From contig CBDBCZ010000011.1 in NCBI GenBank assembly GCA_965203295.1, positions 1-64,000 of the forward strand: a DNA stretch of 64,000 nucleotides. Direction: 5' to 3'. The notes under the pieces are model-generated. The model was not told the origin of the DNA. It did not search any database and worked only from the letters and a program-made list of their open reading frames with translations. The position numbers and the translations under genes were made by a program. This DNA comes from Nitrospirales bacterium. Its GTDB lineage: Bacteria > Nitrospirota > Nitrospiria > Nitrospirales > UBA8639. This document shows positions 53,070 to 64,000 of this stretch, in pieces. Position 1 is the first letter of the stretch; every line of letters begins with the position of its first letter.

Positions 53070-55660
53070 GTAATGCCAGCAAGTTTGTCCATGACCTTTA
53101 CTTTGTGGCCACCTGTGGAATTTGGACGTATGTTATGCTGGAGTCCTGTTGCTATATTGAACTTATTTTTTGTAATACAGCTTTTTCAGTGCCATGAAGC
53201 TGAAGCTTGATGCTTAAATCCATTCTTCCGCAAGTGCTAACTGGACAACAGCAAGAACTGAAAGAAAATGATGATCCCAACTCCTACAAATTTACTGCTA
53301 TTGCAAGAAGTTCCGCCTATGGTGGGATGTGACAACCTCTTCTGTGTTCATGTTTGGCAAAACTCCACAGTTGGTGCTTGCAAGATTCTAAGACAAAGTT
53401 TATTTAATTATTGTGTAGCTATACATTTCAACAAAGTATATAACCAAACAAACTTTCAAACTATTTTATTGCAAAAAGATTTGTGAGTGCAGCACATACA
53501 ACAAGTATCCTATCTATATCTGTGCTTTATCTGTGTCTCCCTTGTACTTTAATAGTTGCATTGGGAGGGGTCCCGTTTAAGAATTGTATACTTGTTCTTC
53601 ATCAGCCCTATCAGTATGACCATCTTGACATGTACATGTATACGAACCCTAGCAAGTTGCTGTGAGAGTTCGATCAACTTCTCTCTCAGAAAGCTGCTTC
53701 TTTCCCTACGTGAAGTTCCAGGCTTCGTGAAGGACGGGATGTCTAGTCAAGCTCCATGAACTGCTAAGTCTTCTTCAACTGTAAACCTGCTCTCAGCAAG
53801 AATAGTATCACCTGTTTGCATGTAGTTTAAAAAACTGCTTTCCAAGGTAAATGTCCTGTCTGAAACACATCCTCCCCAAATTTTGACAATTTTACTATAA
53901 TAATATGCTATACAAGTACTTGCGCTCGCTTCGCTCGCGCAAGTACTTGTGTGTATTCAACTCGTTCACTCTGTACTGATAGAAATGAAAAGTGTGACCT
54001 CTGTGATTTGCATGGAACAGTATAGCATTTTCTGCCAATGAAGCAGTGCTTTTGACTAAGCCACATGTCAGTGTTGAAAATTGACTTGTCAGAGTGGGGG
54101 GTAAGTATATAGTACGTGTGCACACTACATTTCTTTTAGAAGCCAAAGCATGTATTATGTAATGTCCATGTAGTATACTATGGAATGTGGAGCATCTGCC
54201 AGTGGCAGTAGCCTGATCGAGACTTTGACAGTAGTTTCTACCTGAGCCATGTGGAGGCAGCAACTCAAAGGAGAGACTGCAAATAATTACAAAACTATAC
54301 CCACATCAGCACATGTAGCACGTAGGCGAATGGAGCTGACTCCATTTAATGCACATCGTCGTAGTTTGTCTAGCGTAGCAGTCACAGCTGTGCATGGTTT
54401 GCACTTACAGGACTATACAGCTACTAACCTTCGCAATAGAGCGCGCTCGAAGTGCTGATTTGAGGCCATCATGATAATACCGTCGGCTGTTGGAGCATCC
54501 TAACGCACGCAGCGGTCGAAGTCGTCCCAACGCATGCAGCGGTCAAAGTACTAATTAGCTATGTACACATATGATGACGTCACGGTCTTCTCGCGCAATC
54601 GAGGTTTATTAGTGGACGTCACATCCGTTACACACACACACACAGACGGACAGAACTAACGTTAAAGTATTGATGATGATGATGATGATGATATATTGAT
54701 ATATAATGGGAATACGTTTTTGAACGAGCCTCAATTGCAAAGTTCAGTGATGTCTCAAACATTTCTGAGTAGTCAATGGTGATGGCATATTGTGCAGTAC
54801 AACTTACGAGACGGCCATGAATTTATAAATCGCAATCGTACATGGCATTTAACCAGTTTTTAAAAATTCTACACACAAAACCAGCCATGATGCTAAATCG
54901 CCATGCTGATCAGTAACCATCAGGTCTCAGCCTCACGAGCATGAAGAAGAGCTCATATTCCATCCTCAGTGCATGTCCAGTTATAGACAATTCAGATGCA
55001 GTGGAAGGGGACAGAAACATAAATAAATGTAAAAGCATGCATGCATTGCCCATGTAGGGAGACCGGTATAAAATGGCATGAGTTGCAGTATCATCATTTT
55101 CAATTTTAGCGTACAAAATTGAGCCTCCTTCAACTTCTTCATAAGATGTTGATTTTCTCATTCAGCCTCTTCAGAAGTTTGTTCTCTGTTAATAACAAAC
55201 TATGGCCAGACACTGACGGGCATTGATTCTAACTAGCTATATGTCATTGTTCAACCATGCAGTCTCCATTGCGAAGCACTGCTTCGTCAGTGCGGTCAAG
55301 CCTTTAACCCAGCTAGTGCTTTCCCTTTGGAATTGGGTATATGTATGCATGTTTCCAGAATCACAACATCCGCTTCAGTAACTGCCTTTTTAGTCACTTT
55401 TCTCTGTTTCAATCTGCCACGCCAAATCTTTCACTCCTCCATTGATCTGATGATGCTTGGATGGCTGACCAGAGTTCACTGTTTTTGAAGAATTGGACAA
55501 CTTGGCGTGCTTGTATGATTGATCAGAGTTAGCTAACTGGAAGCTTGGGTTTATCGACTGACGTAGATGAATTAAGGGTGTGACGATTTGGTGGGTTTGG
55601 AAGGGTTGACAGGAGGTTTTGGTTTATGCAAACTTGTGAAGTCCTAGCCACATAAACAGC
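53070..55660. mobile_element. Decayed ISL2EU/PIF-Harbinger-like transposon with convergent DDE transposase (-) and putative YqaJ/PHD gene remnant (+)
   Basis: Minus-strand frameshifted pieces KIENDD, LHLFMFLSP, ELFFMLVRLR, WPSR, ARSKTYSHY, GGCVSD, GDTILA, FTVEEDLAVHGA, RGKKQLSEREV, QLARVRIHV, IGLMKNKYTIL and IDRILVVCAALTN fit HTH_Tnp_4/DDE_Tnp_4. Plus strand ~53180-53340 reads FFSAMKLKLD, ILPQVLTG, YCYC, PMVGCDN. Outer boundaries are approximate. Confidence 0.8.
53905..54693 (+). mobile_element. DINE/Helentron-like repeat, copy 2, inserted into the transposase remnant
   Basis: 5' hairpin acaagtacttgcgc...gcgcaagtacttgt, 3' (CA)n-gacggaca tract and (GAT)n tail; homologous to 45060-45812. Confidence 0.7.
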
Positions 55661-56003
55661 AGCATATATGTAGCTACTTGCAGGACGGAAAGGTAGGTAC
55701 CAGCCAAGTTATATATATATATCACAAGGGAGAAAGCAAGCATGGATAGCAGCCAGCTAAGTGTGATTTTCTGACATAATAAGAAGTAGCTATGCTGATC
55801 TTAGCTCACCTAATCTTGCATACTCCTAATTTAGTGTCTAGGTTCATGCTGGGGAGTGTGGAGGTACAAAGTGCATGCATGCATGCATGCACTTCCTCTG
55901 CACCTGCTTTGACCTTCATTAGACTGTTGCCCTTGATAACACAAGTCCTTGGGTCTGCTGTGGTCTAATTAACCTCAACAGAAATGAGGACAACAAGCAA
56001 AAC

Positions 56004-56036
56004 GGGGTTTTCCATGTTCCCACCAGGGTATATAAT
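56004..56036 (+). promoter_or_regulatory. kappaB-consensus site and TATA box upstream of the short-chain collagen
   Basis: GGGGTTTTCC at 56004-56013 fits GGGRNWYYCC; TATATAAT at 56029-56036, ~110 bp before the ATG. Confidence 0.5.
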
Positions 56037-56144
56037 AGGCTAGGAACTTCCAATAGCTATAACTGTAGAGTTAAGAGCTTCTGAAGGAGTTTTAGTACAG
56101 CCATTTCCAGTGTGAGAGCGAAATTGAACTGCCACCGCAAGAAT

Positions 56145-57012
56145 ATGACGGGGAAATCTGTGGAAGTACTTCAAATACTGCTCACTACAGCTGTCATACT
56201 ATCCACTGTTGAAGGTAATTGCGTGAGATATTTTATATAGGAAATATGAAGTATCAGTACAATACTCACATAGCTGTACTGTTATGTATCGAAATGCAGG
56301 CACTGAGACTAAAAGGCATGCAGAATACTGCGACCTACGTGAGCTGTTGCGGGGTCCTCCTGGCCCCCAGGGACCCACCGGCCCCCCCGGGCCTCAGGGC
56401 ATCCAAGGCCCGCCTGGCGCAATTGGCCTCACCGGACCCCGTGGACCTCCGGGACCAATGGTTGGTGGCGTCTCTTACATTCGCTGGGGACGAGCAACTT
56501 GTCCCCGCACACCTGGAACAGAGCTGGTGTACGCGGGAAGGGCGGGAGGAACTCTTCATAGCCACAGCGGAGGAGGAGCCAACAAGCTGTGTTTGCCCGA
56601 TTACCCGGAGTATTTGAGCTACGACCCAGGCTTTCAAGACAGTGGCTACTTGCACGGCGCTGAGTATGAAATCTATGGCAACCAACCACTTAGTGAGGTG
56701 CATGATCATAATGTTCCGTGTGCTGTGTGCCATGTTGCGACACGAGGGACGGTGATTGTGGTTCCGGCACGAGCCTCTTGCCCGTCCTCCTGGACCAGGG
56801 AATACTATGGCTATCTGATGGCTGAGCGTTCACGCTTCGAGCACCACCGCAGCATCTTCGAATGCGTCGATGTAGACCCCGAGTCCATACCTGGAAGTTA
56901 TGGGAATGAAAATGGTGCACTGTTTATGCACACAGAGACCACCTGCAATGGCTTGCCCTGTCCACCGTACGTGGAGGGGAGAGAAATAACCTGCGCTGTG
57001 TGCACAAAGTAG
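56145..57012 (+). CDS. Short-chain collagen C4-like (spongin-related) secreted protein, 2 exons, 260 aa
   Basis: Exon 56145-56214 encodes a signal peptide ([23 protein letters not shown]). Exon 56300-57012 has ~12 Gly-X-Y triplets, then [10 protein letters not shown]...VYAGRAGG...[10 protein letters not shown]...HNVPCAVC...[14 protein letters not shown]...CVD...CPPY...ITCAVCTK. Confidence 0.93.
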
Positions 57013-58435
57013 CAAGTACTGTTAGGCGAGTTTGCTTGTAATCAGAATTCTTCTGTTTTCAAGATTTTGGCTGTTTTTTTTTCTGATACTTCAATTTATG
57101 TAGCCACTGTGTGTTGCTTCCTGAAGAGCTACCAACATTCAATTTGTTCTACATAGCAGGGTGCTTATGCACTGTCACTATGTCTAGCATGCGATTGTAT
57201 AGCTTTGTTCTCAGGCTTTGTGAGAAAAGTGAGCAAAGTAAAGCTTACCTTACCCAGCTTTCACTCATGTATGAAAGGCCTGAAAATGAAACTATGATAG
57301 CGGTAGCTTACAGGCTGAAAAATATGACAGCTTGGTTGTCTATATGGCTAGGCATGAGAAAATTATGCCAGAACAAGTCTGACATTTCATGTCTAAAAAC
57401 CAGCTGGACGCCTTTCCCGTACAATACACACAACTCAGCATAGGCCAAGCTACTAAACCACAGCTGTAGAGCCAGAGATACTATATACCTAGATCCTAGA
57501 GCGGTACAGCGAAAGTGCTGACTCAGCAGTTTGGTCATGCGCCTCCAGTTAGTAGCTATATGTCAAGAAACCAGGATATTTACGGCTACCTATCACGTTT
57601 TCGCCATCTAGGCAACACAAAACTACCTTCATTTGCTGTAGCTTGGCCTGCAAACCTCCAAAAGTTGCTATACACTGCAGTTACATAATAATAGGTTTCT
57701 GTCCTTAATATACAGAGGTTTTCCTCTGGTGGGAGGTTCGACTCAATTTGCTATTTCAAGCCACATCAAGCACTAGCTCAAATACCAACCAAACCTCTAT
57801 TAAAGCATAAAGAAATTGTAAGTATCTACCAGGCATACATGACTGTATGACTGTATGTCGTTGAAAGTCTTAGAATGCATTAAATTTTCTAATCAATGAC
57901 ATAACTTATTACTGGACGACATTAATATTGAGTGGTATAACAGTTACGAGTAACACAATGTCAGTATTAACCAAAATAACTGGCAGAGTAGTTTGAGCTG
58001 TGGAAGCATTTCTACACTTGCAGACAGCATAATAGGATATAGACTAGAAATACCAAGCGTGCATGTACTCAAGCATAGAAAAGCCCAAGGATCTAGCTAG
58101 TAGCCTCGCTGGAAGCCAAAAGATTGGTCAGCGCTCTAACTAAGACTATAGTTAATTTGTTGTGCATGAAGGATGGGTGTGGTTTTGTTTATGCACGAAC
58201 AATGGGTGTGGCTTCCTATTTGTTCATTATATGAGGCCATTTTCAACGGACTATCAGTCGGGAGCATGCAGTTTGTCTGCTGTCTGGAATCAAAAAGCGT
58301 CCACTCGTGGGAGGTTTCTTACACACTAGCAGTATAGTAATTTCAATCGGTGCCACAGCTGGTGTCCTTTATAGGGAGGTTGTCCGCTAGTGGGAGGGTC
58401 CGTTATGGGAGGTTCCACTGTAATTAACTTACTTG

Positions 58436-61400
58436 AATATCAGGACAACAAAAGAAACTGGCCTCGGGATTGTATTGTGACATAATTAAGTGTAGCAGTG
58501 CAACAGCCATAGAGGCGGTGCTGCATAGTAGCTAATCAGTTTCTGTACAGGTTTTTGTGATGTCAGTCATGCAACTCAAGCAAAATTGAACATAATGGGA
58601 TGAATATGCAAATGTGGGAGCGTGTTCAATGGTGTAAGCACTACGGCAGCAACATGAGTATATTATTAATGAAAAAGGACTGTGGTTGGCAAACAATGGA
58701 TATTACATACAGAGGGGGTGGTGCACTGGCCCCAATTAATTACCTTAACTTCACCGTAATTTTGAATACAAGTGTAGGGTAGCCAGCTAGCTACCACATC
58801 CCACTAGAATAAATTTCAGGACAGCCGTTTTTTCATAACTTTCCGGGGGAGGCCCCCCTCCCCTCCCAAATGGGTGTGGTTTGCCTGCCTTCTGTTTTGT
58901 GGACATCTGTTTACAACCCCCAAAAAATCTCCACCCCCCAGCAAAAACTCCCATATTTAAACCCTAGCCTGTGATTGGCTAATTTGGAGCATACATTCCT
59001 CAAGGCTATAGCTAAGGCTTACATTTCACACACACCTGACCAGTAAACCGGCAAAAACGTCAACTACATGCTACAGCTGAAGTAATGCTGCCAGAAAAGG
59101 GTCTTGTATGAGCTCAGAAAATCGACCCCTATTGGCACTACTGGAGTCCTCCAACAGATGCTACATATTTAGCATTGCAGCATTAGCTACCACTCCATAT
59201 ACAACTTGATAGATATATGACCACCAAGTAGGCTTTGTGGTAATTTACTATAGTTGTTGCACCACTTGGATAGTAAATATAGTTATAGAGCTGCTGCAGC
59301 TGCAGATAATGTTGCAGCTAGATAATGTGATTGGTACACAACCAGTGTTTATTAGTACTAGTCAAGGGGGGGGGGGGATGATACCCCACCCTCTCCCCGG
59401 AACACTAATAACTAGCGCTAAGTACTGTAAACTTAGCCTCGTTCCCAGGTTCTCTGCCCAGCTGTATACTATGCTTGTCCATTAAAGTATCCTCATGACA
59501 ACCCCTCCCTTGGCCCCCCTAGCAACTTGTGTGTTCACCATGATAATAAAAACCATGGGGGTGGAGCCACATGGTATTATAACAGCTGGAGTGTGGAACC
59601 TATGAACAAGGCTAATTAGTACAACAGTGAAAGTGGAAGCTGTATATATATCCAAAAAGTGCATGTAGGAATGCACTTCCACATAACAAAGGAAACAAGC
59701 AATAATTTACACCGCAGTGGATTCACAGACTACCTACACAACACAGCCCTATGCATTATACAGAGGAGCTAGCTACAAATCACAGCGCAGTGCGTTTACA
59801 GAGGCCATCCTGGGTAAGGAAATGTATATATAGGGAGGATGGCCTTCGTAAAGGCACTGCTCATTCCCAGGCTCTTGTGGCAATTGTATTAGGCAGATCA
59901 TTTTAATCACTGCAACAGCTGCAGTTGCACTACAAGAACTAAAGCTACACACAGGTGGGTGCTCTCCCTTATGTCAAGCTTTTTAGAATAATACCAGTAT
60001 TTGGTTAGTGATGTCATGAGTAATGTCATGAGTGATGTCATGAGGGATCTTATCTCTGAAACCACCTGCCCACTTCATTAACAGAGGCTCCAGAAGTCTA
60101 AAACAGAGCTACATGCCCACATAACAACCAAACTCAAAGAGACAGTGAACTTTCTGTTTGTGGTTTGCTGACATCACTGAGAGGGTACTCAGGGTACATG
60201 TAGGGTATATATAGCTAAAGGGAAAAGTTCAATGTCTGGAGCACTTGATCAGAATTGGAATGCCTGACTTGTGAGACAGAAGAAGATAATAAATAAACAG
60301 CCAGATATTCCTGGCACTGGGCTTAGATAACCTCATTTTCGAGGCTTTTGTGGCAGAGGAGTAGGCTTTTCCCAATTATGCCAGCATGATTTTGAGCATA
60401 ATAAATAGAAAATAGCATCTGATTCAGGAATTGTGTTAGCATAATGGGCAGATCTAGAGTATTGGTCACAATTTACACAGCTACTCATATTAACAATATT
60501 CATACAGTCAATTCATTGTCTGCAACCGTCTTGGTGCTGTGGACGAGTTTTCTCATTTTAAAAACAGCTTTTAAAATAATAGATGTGAAGTGTGGATCAT
60601 GTTACAGTACAACCATAATTGGTATTTTTGAACTAAATTTTGTCACTTTGACATTTACCTGCCATTAGTGTGGTCTGTCTCGGTTTATTGCTGCCCGAAG
60701 GATTGAAGTACATGTACTACAGCGAAATTATATTGTTGCTCCCATGCCCATGCAATTTTCTGGTACGCAAACTGTCCCCAAAAATGGTGCGGTCCTGAGA
60801 ACGAGGGTATAATGAAATAGGAAGCTATAGTGTCCATACTCTATTCCCTATTTTATTAATGTGGAGATGTGGCTTGAATCATGAGTAGGAGGGCTACTCC
60901 TCTGTAGGCATTGCCCAATTATGCTCTTTTCATTGCCTATTGTGCTATTCCCTAATTCCCCAGTTTTGTCCCTATTATGCTTTCAACCAGTACCTACGTA
61001 CTATGCTCAAATTATGCTCACATTATGGTGACAGGTAGGAGCGTCTCTCACTGTCATGGCCTCTCACGCGCCATCAGGCATTCTAGAACGGTCCTTTTCA
61101 GCTGTTGACAGTCAGAACTTGTGCTTATCGCCGCCCGAAGGATTGTCTGCCTCAGTCAACAGCCCTCGGTTGCACCGTTTCAGTCGTTAATGCATGGGCA
61201 TGTCAGTCCCTCTGCATGTGGGCACGTGATAAGTGGTACATGCCAGCTAGGCCACTTCCTCTGCACCTGCATTGACCTTCATTAGTCTGTTGCCCTTGGT
61301 AACTCACTGCACCTGCATTGACCTTCATTAGTCTGTTGCCCTTGGTAACACACAGCTCCTTGTGGTGTAATTAACAAATCAGGACAAGAAAAGAAACTGG

Positions 61401-63980
61401 CTGGGGGGGGGGGGATTGTATTGTGACATAAAATTAGTGCAGCAGTGCAAAAGCCATAGAGGCGGTGCTGAATACTAGCTAATCAGTTTCTATACATGTT
61501 TTTGTGATGTCAGTCATGCGACTCAAGCAAAATTGAACATAATGGGATGAATATGCAAATGTGGGCGTGTGTTCAATGATGTAAACATTACGGCAGCGAC
61601 ATGAGTATATCATATTAATGAAACAGGACTGTGGTTGACAAACAATGGATATTAGCTACATACAGAGGGGGTGGTGCACTGGCCCCAATCAATTACCTTA
61701 ACTTCACTGTAATTTTGAATACAAGTGTAGGGTAGCCAGCTAGTTACCACATCCACTAGAATAAATTTCAGGACAGCTGTTTTTTTTTTAATAACTTTTC
61801 TGGGGGAGCCCCCCCCCCCTGTGTGGTTTGCCTGCCTTCTGTTTTGTGTGCATCTTTTTACAAGCCCCAAAAGATCTCTACCCCCCAGCAAAAACTCACA
61901 TTAAACCCTAGCCTGTGATTGGCTAATTTGAGCGTACATTCCTCATGGCTATAGCTAGGCTTATTAACGGGCAGAAAGTCAATTATATGCTACAGCTGGA
62001 GTAATGCTGCCAGAAAAGGGTCTTGTATGAGCTCAGAAAATCGACCCCTATTGGCACTACTGGAGTCCTCCAACAGATGCTACATATTTAGCATTGCAGC
62101 ATTAGCTACCACTCCATATACAATTTGATAGATATATGACTGCTGAGTATAAAGGCTTTGTGGTAATTTACTATCGTTGTTGCACAATTCCTGTAATGGC
62201 CAAGTTCAGCTGTAGTCTGGCCACTGGCCCAAGTCCTACAATTGCCGACGGGGGGGGGGGGGGGGGGGGGGGGGGCACTTTGGTAATTAACAGGCCAAAT
62301 ATAGTTACATGCAGCGCAGTTGCTAAATTTGGACTATTTTTAGTGTACTTGGTCATCAAGAGCAGCTGTGGTACTAGATAGTGTTGCATCACAGCCAGTG
62401 TTTCATTAGTCAGGGGGGGGGGGGGAATAATACCCCCACAATACTAATCATTAACTATTTTGTACCTTACCATAATACTATGCTTGTCCCATTGTATCCC
62501 CATTATATCCTCATGACAACCCCTCCCCTGGCCCCCTAGCAACTTGTGTGTTCACCATAATAATAAAAACCATGGGGGTGGAGCCACATGGTATGATAAC
62601 AGCTGGAGTGTGGAACCTATGAACAAGGCTAATTAGTACAACAGTGAAAGTGGAAGCTGTATATATACAATGATTGGTATTAGGATATTTAACTTAGTTA
62701 AGTTTTTCCCAGCCAAGGGCATTTATGTGCTCATATGAAATAGAAAAAAGCATGAACTATATTCGATTTTATATTAACGCCTAATACGAAAACTGCATAA
62801 AAAACCGAAAAAGGCTCGCCCGACGGCTGGTTAAGAGTTAATATATACTATATTGGATAGCCTCATTCCCAGGCTCTTGTGGTAGAGGAGCAGAGGCTAT
62901 ATTGTATTGGGAAGATCAAAGCACTGCAACAACTGCAGTTGCACTATAAGAACTAAAGCTACACACAGGTGGGTGCTCTCCCTTTTGTCAAGCTTTTTAG
63001 AGTAATTTGGTTAGTGATGTCATGAGTGATGTCATGAGGGATGTTATCTGAAACCACCTGCCCACTTCATTGATAAACCACCTGCCCACTTTGATCATTA
63101 ACAGAAGCTCCTAAAAGTCTAAAACAGAGCTACCTGCCCACATAACAACCAGACTCAAAGTGACCCTGTAGACTGAACTTTCTATTTCTAACATCACAGA
63201 GAGGGTACTCAGGGGTAGGGTTGAGCCTATTATGGTGGAGCCTGGGAACGAGGCTACCTATTATGCTCAAAAAGTACCTATTATGCTATGCTGCACTGCT
63301 CCAAAAATCTTCCTATTATGCTCAACAAATGCCCCTAATATGCTCAAATTATGCTCACATTAAATGTGACCCTCACAGCAAAAACTGGCCATCTGGACTG
63401 CTTCAAGCATGCGTGGGTGGCATGTATTATTTGTAATTTCTAGTATGTTTGCTGATATTGGACCACTCCCCTACAAGGTTTGACAGTAAGACAATTGGTA
63501 GCTTGCTGAGTTTCCACTACACATGACGTAAGCAATCTACCTACTTGTGAGACAGAAAATAATGCAAAACCAGATATTCCTGGCACTGGGCTTAGATATC
63601 CTCGTTTCAAGGCTCTTGTGGCAGAGGAGTAGCTAGAGACTATATTGTTGGGTAGATCAAAGCACATCCTCGTTCCCAGGCCATGCAAACGAGGCCAATC
63701 AAAGCACTGCAATAGCTGCAGTTGCACTACAGGAACTGAAACTACACACAGGTTGGAGCGCTCCTCTTCTGTTAAGCTTTTTAGAGTAATTTGGTTAGTG
63801 ATGTCATGAGTGATGTCATGAGGGATCTTATCTCTGAAACCACCTGCTTACTTCATTAACAGAAGCTCCTAAAAGTCTAAAACAGAGCTACATGTACCTG
63901 CCCACATAACAACCAGACTCAAAGTGACCCTGTAGACTGAACTTTCTGTTTCTGGTTTACTGACATCACAAAGAGGGATA
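58436..63980. repeat. Tandem segmental duplication of a non-coding unit (offset ~2.9 kb) with a ~350-400-bp subunit present three times
   Basis: 58441-60365 aligns with 61380-63635; the subunit occurs at ~59860-60200, ~62862-63220 and ~63600-63980. Confidence 0.9.
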
Positions 63981-64000
63981 TTGACAAGAAAAAATGATAG

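Noticed and set aside
59482..59682. Coding potential in the duplicated right-end unit
   Set aside because: Frames are not preserved between copies and show no recognisable motifs.

Overview
Eukaryotic, intron-rich animal DNA, most likely from a demosponge (inferred from a short-chain collagen C4 gene, a sponge-type secreted fibrinogen-like gene and a kelch/TKL-kinase remnant). Genes reconstructed by hand from GT-AG junctions and reading-frame phase: a kelch + TKL kinase pseudogene running off the left edge; two tandem intronless MATH/TRAF-C-only genes; a 19-exon ninein-family gene (~2481 aa) with a 4068-nt phase-0/0 exon; RNF7/RBX2 (head-to-head with ninein); TCTP/TPT1 (172 aa, head-to-head with intronless WDR53); a secreted Cys-rich fibrinogen-like gene; UBXN7 (559 aa); and a short-chain collagen C4. 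Non-coding space holds several MITE families with visible TSDs (9-bp, TA, TTAA), a decayed two-gene ISL2EU/PIF-Harbinger-like transposon, DINE-like repeats, a tRNA-Thr-like sequence, foldbacks and a ~2.9-kb tandem duplication. I see no clearly novel multi-gene system. The best leads are TA-to-TACATGTA footprints visible between paralogous copies, the skippable giant ninein exon, the MATH-only gene pair and kappaB-like or DR1 promoter motifs. Family calls come from remembered motifs; no database search was run.
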